From: Veleropilina oligotropha
Taxonomy: Eukaryota
DNA length: 64,000 nt
Reading direction: 5' to 3'
NCBI GenBank assembly: GCA_048128005.1
Contig: JBEUKZ010000070.1
Span: 62,001-126,000, forward strand
Under the pieces are notes generated by a model. It saw nothing but the letters and a program-made list of their open reading frames with translations. It had not been told where the DNA came from and did not search any database. A program made the position numbers and the translations under genes. Positions 56,944 to 64,000 of this stretch are shown here, in pieces (positions within the stretch are counted from its first letter, which is position 1; every line of letters starts with the position of its first letter).

Positions 56944-58209
56944 GCAAATGTAACAACAGAACTAGGCACCCGACACACCACCATAACTTGGTCAGTCGGG
57001 GCCATCAGTATCTGGTAGATACTCTGACGAGGCCTCACAGGCCGAAATGGCTGATGACCAAGGTATCGGCTTGAAAAAATCTGTTTTGACGACTTTGCTG
57101 CAGTGCTGGGAGCCTTCCAGGAGGATATCTATAGATTACGGGGCCTACTGGAGGGGGATTAGTGATATGAGTTTCGGCCGAAATGTCCACAGGTAAGTGT
57201 TTTAATTTAATTTACTATTCTAAGCTACCCTAGTTCAGACAGCGCCGTGTACACACGGTGACTTTTTGTAATACACGCTATACCCTGGGGTCTGAACAGG
57301 TGCTGGGAGCCTCCACAGCGGGCCCCGGGGCCCTAGTCTAAACTCCCCTGCTGACTAGTCCGAGCTACCTCAGTTCTGAAATAGTGCTGGGAGCCGTATT
57401 TTCCCATTCTAAAAAGTCCAATCACCCCCCCTGCTGCTACGTGTACAAAAATGGTGAAAAACAAAATAGACTGGCCCATATGAATGGAAACCAGGTTCAT
57501 GTTTAACATACAACTTCCTTATAGTTAGTTACAACTTTAGTTATTAAATCATCCTATTGGTTTATGTTACTAAGCAAAGACACCATGTGTTGTTGTATTT
57601 TATACTTTCTTCATTTCGTTATCTACACGCACATGATAATTATTTAAGACATTCACACCCCCATTTCCACACTTCTGCTTCCATTGTGTTTCACAATTAG
57701 GATTACTTCGGCGACGGCCAACGGGCCTTTGTTGATTTCAATTTGTCTGTGGAGTTGCTTTCAGATACAATAGGTTTGAATAAACGATTTTTAATAGTTA
57801 TTGTCACAAAATATTTGCTTGGTCAAAATATCGACATACAGTAAACAGCTAGACAACTGATTTTGCTTGGGATAATTCCGCAAAAATGATACGAGATTTG
57901 ACGATGGCGAGTACATTTCGCTTTTGAGAACATGTTGAGCAAAGCCCCGGTCTCCAGGGCGAAGAAGTAGCATTCAATTGTTTGGTGGACTCTGCACTGT
58001 AATGCACACATTAATTATTTTTACTAAAAACAAAACATACTAGCCCGCGGGCTATCTCGATACTATCGAGACTCCATAATTTGCTATTTTTTACTAGCCC
58101 CGGGCGTAGGGCTAGTGGATTTGTCCAGCCCTGTCTTAATGTTTCATTTTAAGCATCCTTCAGGGACATGCTTGGCATGTCCATATAATTTTTGGAAGAA
58201 AACGCTGGT

Positions 58210-58332
58210 TTGGGAAAGTCTGCCCTCACCAACCAGTTAGGGACAACTGTGACTGTCGGCTGTTGATTCGAACCCACTCCAGAGCAATTAGGTGAATGAA
58301 GTCACTTGCTCTTATTCATTACACCACCAGTT
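58210..58332 (-). repeat. Possible degenerate tRNA-derived SINE; related copy at about 59652-59810
   Basis: B-box-like gggttcgaatc on the - strand; shared gccctcacc..ccagtta.ggacaactgtgac core. Confidence 0.4.
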
Positions 58333-58605
58333 GGCTACATGCTAAGGAATGTTCGTATGTACAGTCATTAAAATCTTTGATTGACTTCCTATAAGGCATC
58401 ATATAATCTGACAATATCCAGTGAATCCACCACTTCGGAAGTGTATAAATTATGTAAGTCATGAATCTCCAGTGTCATTTAGGCGAACCCACCCTGCCAA
58501 ACCAGTGCAATCAAGCGACTTGATTGAGGCCAATGCTCTGAACACTACACCAGGTTTAGGTAAAACTAAGGTCACATTTGGTTTATCCCGGTTTTCCTTC
58601 TTTAG

Positions 58606-58758
<153 letters not shown>

Positions 58759-59886
58759 TAATTATATATATTCCCTGATAATTGTCAGGATACTATGCTT
58801 TATCTCTCTTTCGCTGCAGAGATTTCGTGTGTACGAGTCTACAGTCAATAGATATGATCCGATTTGATATGCACATTAGTTTTGATGAGGACACTATGCC
58901 AGCCAAATTATGTTGATAATTTTAACAAATTCAAGATGGCCTCCACGGGAGAGGATACACGCCCTCAACAATTATGCTAGTCATACTAATGGAGCATGAT
59001 GTTATCTGGAAGTATAGCATGGTTGTCTTCTTCTGGAATTGTATACATGCCAAGAAATTTCCGGGTTTAATAATTTAGTTATCGTTATATTCTAGTTTTG
59101 GATAGACCCGTCAGCAATTCATATTTCTGATTTTAATGCCCTAAAGGGTGTAAGCTTTTCTCTTGGGACACGATCCGAATGACATCTACTTTGGCTTCAG
59201 ACTTGGATTTGCATTACAATTAATGAATTGCACATCATATTTTCCAGAGCGTATCTCATTTTTGAAAAACTTTGTGTTTGCATTACGTATATAGTTTGTG
59301 CTGGTGCCTTTTTCCACTGTAAATGTTGTGTGGCGATTCTTGTATCCCTGGACAACAGTCGGGAATACAATTCTTTTGTCTTCGGTTCCAGTCACAGCTT
59401 CTGCAGATATTTCTTGTGTGTGCTTTACAGTCAATGTTTGTAATCAGACATTTCTCAGATTTTGTTTAATAATTCTCGCATAGACATTGTATTACAAACT
59501 TCCTGGCTGAATGTACCATGATTTCTGACCCTTTTTTGAAAGTATCAAGAATGTATTGGGTGTATAATACATGATTGTTTCCTTCGGAGGATTTTGTTTA
59601 ACAACCCTGAGGTCCATACCAAGACATGTCCATATTAATTATTATTTGTCCAGGAAAATTAGCCCTCACCGGCCAGTTATGGACAACTGTGACCATTCAC
59701 TGACCAGAGTGTGCCCTGTCGATGATTTGAATCCAATCTTGTTAGACAGAACAGTCAAGCGAGTGATTCAGAGGTCACTGTAATAATTATCCACTTGGCT
59801 ACTGGTGCGACCACTTCAGTCGGAGGAATGAGACAATTTATCCTTTCTAATTAAAATTTCGTGAACAATCGTCTTTTGTATACCAG

Positions 59887-60150
59887 GTGCCGGGTTTTGG
59901 TGACCGTCATTTCCTTTCCCTGCTGTTAGAGCCCCGGAGCCTGGTTCTCGTGCTAGACGACATGTATGAGATGCATCTGCATGGCATTGAAGAGCGGACG
60001 GAGGACCTTATAACAAAGAAAGTAGCAAACTTAGCTTCATGCAGCTGTGCAAGGCTTGGTGACACGTTGGTGCGAGACACAAGAATTTCATTAACAATAC
60101 GATATGTGCCAAAAATTCTTAAAGCAAAATTGTTTTTAGGAAAGAGGTAA
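59887..60150 (+). CDS. ALKBH6: ALKBH6 exon 6 (last coding)
   Basis: cag|VPG...[12 protein letters not shown]...HGI...[17 protein letters not shown]...LGKR*; distal His and RxSxTxR 2-oxoglutarate motif. Confidence 0.94.
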   Translation: MPGFGDRHFLSLLLEPRSLVLVLDDMYEMHLHGIEERTEDLITKKVANLASCSCARLGDTLVRDTRISLTIRYVPKILKAKLFLGKR

Positions 60151-60519
60151 CATTTATTGTTAAATAGAAATATTGCATGTATAAAGTTCTTATTATTTAT
60201 ATCAACATATTTAAATTGATGAATACGGTTACATGGTTAAAACTTGTATTTATGCTGGATTAAATTTTGTAGGTTTGGGGGAAGAGACAAAAATGTCGAT
60301 TTTTCGTAATAATGTTATATAATATCCTTATGTGGCCATCCACTGATGTCATGAGAGCATGTGCACCAGTTCACTGGCCTGAGTGGGGTTATTCACAGAA
60401 GTTGGTTCAAATACTCGGTTAGGCATTTGCGCAATTAACGGTCACATTTGTCCATTGATCCAACCAACGATTCTGTCTCGCGTGACCGCTCTGTATAACA
60501 GGAACGGAGTGGGTTTGAA

Positions 60520-62266
60520 TCCTCGTCACATGTATTTCTATCTCCTTGTGTGGCTGCCTGCTGGTATCCTCGTCACATGTATTTCTATCTCCTTGTGTGG
60601 CTGCCTGCTGGTATCCTCGTCACATGTATTTCTATCTCCTTGTGTGGCTGCCTGCTGGTATCCTCGTCACATGTATTTCTATCTCCTTGTGTGGCTGCCT
60701 GCTGGTATCCTCGTCACATGTATTTCTATCTCCTGGTGTGGCTGCCTGCTGGTATCCTCGTCACATGTATTTCTATCTCCTTGTGTGGCTGCCTGCTGGT
60801 ATCCTCGTCACATGTATTTCTATCTCCTCGTGTGGCTGCCTGCTGGTATCCTCGTCACATGTATTTCTATCTCCTTGTGTGGCTGCCTGCTGGTATCCTC
60901 GTCACATGTATTTCTATCTCCTCGTGTGGCTGCCTGCTGGTATCCTCGTCACATGTATTTCTATCTCCTTGTGTGGCTGCCTGCTGGTATCCTCATCACA
61001 TGTATTTCTATCTCCTTGTGTGGCTGCCTGCTGGTATCCTCGTCACATGTATTTCTATCTCCTCGTGTGGCTGCCTGCTGGTATCCTCGTCACATGTATT
61101 TCTATCTCCTTGTGTGGCTGCCTGCTGGTATCCTCGTCACATGTATTTCTATCTCCTTGTGTGGCTGCCTGCTGGTATCCTCGTCACATGTATTTCTATC
61201 TCCTTGTGTGGCTGCCTGCTGGTATCGTCGTCACATGTATTTCTATCTCCTTGTGTGGCTGCCTGCTGGTATCGTCGTCACATGTATTTCTGTCTCCTCG
61301 TGTGGCTGCCTGCTGGTATCGTCGTCACATGTATTTCTATCTCCTTGTGTGGCTGCCTGCTGGTATCCTCGTCACATGTATTTCTATCTCCTCATGTAGC
61401 TGCCTGCTGGTATCCTCGTCACATGTATTTCTATCTCCTTGTGTGTCTGCCTGCTTGTATCATCGTCACATGTATTTCTATCTCCTTGTGTGGCTGCCTG
61501 CTGGTATCCTCGTCACATGTATTTCTATCTCCTTGTGTGGCTGCCTGCTGGTATCCTCGTCACATGTATTTCTATCTCCTTGTGTGGCTGCCTGCTGGTA
61601 TCTTCGTCACATGTATTTCTATCTCCTTGTGTGGCTGCCTGCTGGTATCCTCGTCACATGTATTTCTATCTCCTTGTGTGGCTGCCTGCTGGTATCCTCG
61701 TCACATGTATTTCTATCTCCTTGTGTGGCTGCCTGCTGGTATCCTCGTCACATGTATTTCTATCTCCTTGTGTGGCTGCCTGCTGGTATCGTCGTCACAT
61801 GTATTTCTACCTCCTAGTGTGGCTGCCTGCTGGTATCGTCATCACATGTATTTATATCTCCTTCTGTGGCTGCCTGCTGGTATCCTCGTCACATGTATTT
61901 CTATCTCCTTGTGTGGCTGCCTGCTGGTATCGTCGTCACATGTATTTCTATCTCCTTGTGTGGCTGCCTGCTGGTATCGTCGTCACATGTATTTCTATCT
62001 CCTTGTGTGGCTGCCTGCTGGTATCCTTGTCACATGTATTTCTATCTCCTTGTGTGGCTGCCTGCTGGTATCCTCGTCACATGTATTTCCATCTCCTTGT
62101 GTGGCTGCCTGCTGGTATCCTCGTCACATGTATTTCTATCTCCTTGTGTGGCTGCCTGCTGGTATCCTCGTCACATGTATTTCTATCTCCTTGTGTGGCT
62201 GCCTGCTGGTATCCTCGTCACATGTATTTCTATCTCGTGTGGCTGCCTGCTGGTATCCTCGTCACA
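60520..62266. repeat. 47-bp minisatellite (~37 units)
   Basis: Unit tcctcgtcacatgtatttctatctccttgtgtggctgcctgctggta; 47-aa period over three units. Confidence 0.97.
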
Positions 62267-62269
62267 AGT

Positions 62270-64000
62270 ATATGTAGTTACAAACTTACTTACGTCCTTA
62301 CTCTTGCCATAATAGTCATATTATCGCTAACCGGAAACAGTGAATAAAGTCACATTTATGCACTAATTAAGTCAAAATATACCACGATCACCTCCCCTGC
62401 TTCCCCTCTCTAAGTTCCTCCAGCGAGATCTCGCCAAGTCTCGCGAGACATCCGGGCTATCAAGTCACCAGACATCAATTCAAAGTTTTCCGCCGAGACG
62501 GAAAGACGTGTTTTTTGCTCCGCAAATATTTCGAAATGTCCGCCGGTTTATACGTTAAATCGAGGACGCTATAATTCTTATATATTAATATATAAGTTGT
62601 GGAATATACCCTGTGTTGTGGATATCTAAAACACAAGTGAATATAGGAAGATTGTGATTCTAAAACTTCGAAGAAGTTCTGAAAATCAAGTGAAACCGAC
62701 ATCGCCGCTGTTGCAGGAAAAGCATGGCCGCTCAGAGGGGAAGTTTCGTGTAATAAGAAGAAATTTCTGGTCGGTATTTTTATCTGATATTGTTTGAGAC
62801 TGCAAACAGGTAACTCATTATATTGGATAATTCCTTAACGACGCTATTGCTGGTTATTATTGTATAAAAATTCTAGCGTCGTTAATAGGCAGGATCGTTT
62901 AGACATCACGCTTGCGTTTTTCTGTTATCCTGCCGTTTCTGGGATAATACACAATTGTACTAACATAAAAACATCCACGAGGTTTTCAGGTGTTTTTCTG
63001 GGCGGTTTTTTCTAAGAGAGAACCCCCGTTTGTTCTAGTCAATTTGCCTGGTTTTTTACCGGGTCGTGTCGGGTAAATACCCGGCCTCGGTGTCCCCAGC
63101 TCGGGGTTTTTTGCGGTATATCGTCTGATCTTTGATCTTCAGATCAGGGCAATTTTTAAGAGTTGTCGTAGTAAATAGTCACAACTACCAAATATATACT
63201 TTTAACTACCCCGTTCCGCCCACTACTACCCTCCCGTGTATTCAGGGAGAGGGAAGTATGGTCCGGTGCAACTCCGGGTGTAACCCGTAGTTTCACGGAT
63301 TTCTAGTCGCACGGAATGCCGTGTTCACCGTAACTGACAGTAAGTCTTATATATGTGAACTGTGCCTAGATTTAACAGCAGGCAGTGGGCGAGCATATAT
63401 CCACCGATGAAGCCGACCAGTGCGGTTACCACGGTGGGTTCTCCCCCGAGAAGGGACAAAATGGTAGGTTAAAGGGAATTAACGTTTTTTTTGTCTACTT
63501 CAGGGACGCTGGACGACAGTCGACCATAAAAGGAATACCGTCTGTCGACGGATCTACCGGCGTAACCTCCGCGACTCATGGGGGAGTCGCCGTAACCTTG
63601 CCGGGACCCTAGATTCAGGTAGGAGCCCGAGTGCTGTTCGATCCTCCTAAAACGGGCCTAGTAACTGCAGCCAACCATACCTTGCCGGCTAGCAAGGTAT
63701 ATCTGGCAACGCAGCGAACCGCTGAACAGGGCAGACAATCCCCATCCTTTTCTTCGGCCTCGAAGAATAAGGGGACAGTTAGTCCTTCTGCGGGAAACTC
63801 TCCGTCTTGCGACGGGGACAGACTCAATGCAGAGAAAGCCTTTAAAGAGGCCGGGCACCTACTTGTAGGTCTAAGACTCGGACAATCGGCGACACCTGAA
63901 TCCTCGTTCGAGACTGACGCGACTACCCCTAAGGGTTTTCCGCTCAACCTCGATGCTCACGAGCTTTTCAGAGGGCCCGTTCTCTCCCGTGCACCCACGA
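62270..64000 (+). mobile_element. DIRS1-like retrotransposon (copy 3), 5' part with damaged gag; runs off the window
   Basis: Starts atatgtagttacaaacttacttacgtccttactc; collinear with 28574-30310. The gag start atggtccggtgc (~63258) hits an early TAG. Confidence 0.92.

Larger units (their letters stand above)
41395..57438. mobile_element. Polinton/Maverick-like endogenous virus, 16.0 kb
   Basis: TIRs begin AGCAGCAGGGG and end CCCCTGCTGCT (41479-41670 versus 57247-57438). 5-bp TSD acgtg (41390-41394, 57439-57443). GC-rich, intronless, tightly packed genes for a PolB-like replicase, rve integrase, A32-like ATPase, and MCP- and penton-like proteins. Confidence 0.93.
36200..58133. mobile_element. 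Non-autonomous TIR DNA transposon, split by the Polinton-like insertion and the duplication
   Basis: 15-bp TIR cagggctggacaaat / atttgtccagccctg, subterminal actagccc repeats at both ends, and tcttaat directly repeated on both flanks (36193-36199, 58134-58140). Confidence 0.8.

Noticed and set aside
60383..62347. Five long overlapping ORFs in the 47-bp satellite
   Set aside because: The consensus unit has no stop in any + frame, so all frames look open.

Overview
Eukaryotic (invertebrate-like, AT-rich, intron-rich) genomic DNA. Two host genes lie head-to-head. On the - strand is the 5' end of a Dicer-type gene (coding exons 12864-12950 and 11766-11928, continuing off the left edge). On the + strand is a complete six-exon ALKBH6 (15538-60150, about 236 aa by my splicing). 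The introns are filled with mobile DNA: four DIRS1-like tyrosine-recombinase retrotransposons (two full-length with ITRs and ICR, two cut by the window edges), a decayed CR1/L2-like LINE, several MITE/foldback elements, and a 16-kb Polinton/Maverick-like endogenous virus (41395-57438). The virus has TIRs starting AGCAGCAGGGG and a 5-bp TSD (ACGTG). It sits inside a non-autonomous DNA transposon in ALKBH6 intron 4, and its left end is part of a ~4-kb tandem duplication. Three observations stand out. (1) The virus encodes one 1281-aa protein fusing a divergent PolB-like core, an SF1 (PIF1/RecD-like) helicase and an HNH-like C-terminus; I see no capsid protease in the element. (2) Its capsid, penton and ATPase genes each carry one lesion while the replicase and integrase ORFs are open. 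(3) Two minisatellites in the Dicer gene are tandem amplifications of Dicer's own splice sites: a 49-bp donor array and a 45-bp acceptor-plus-exon-start array, the latter hit twice by DIRS insertions. All homology calls come from motif recognition by eye; no searches were run.
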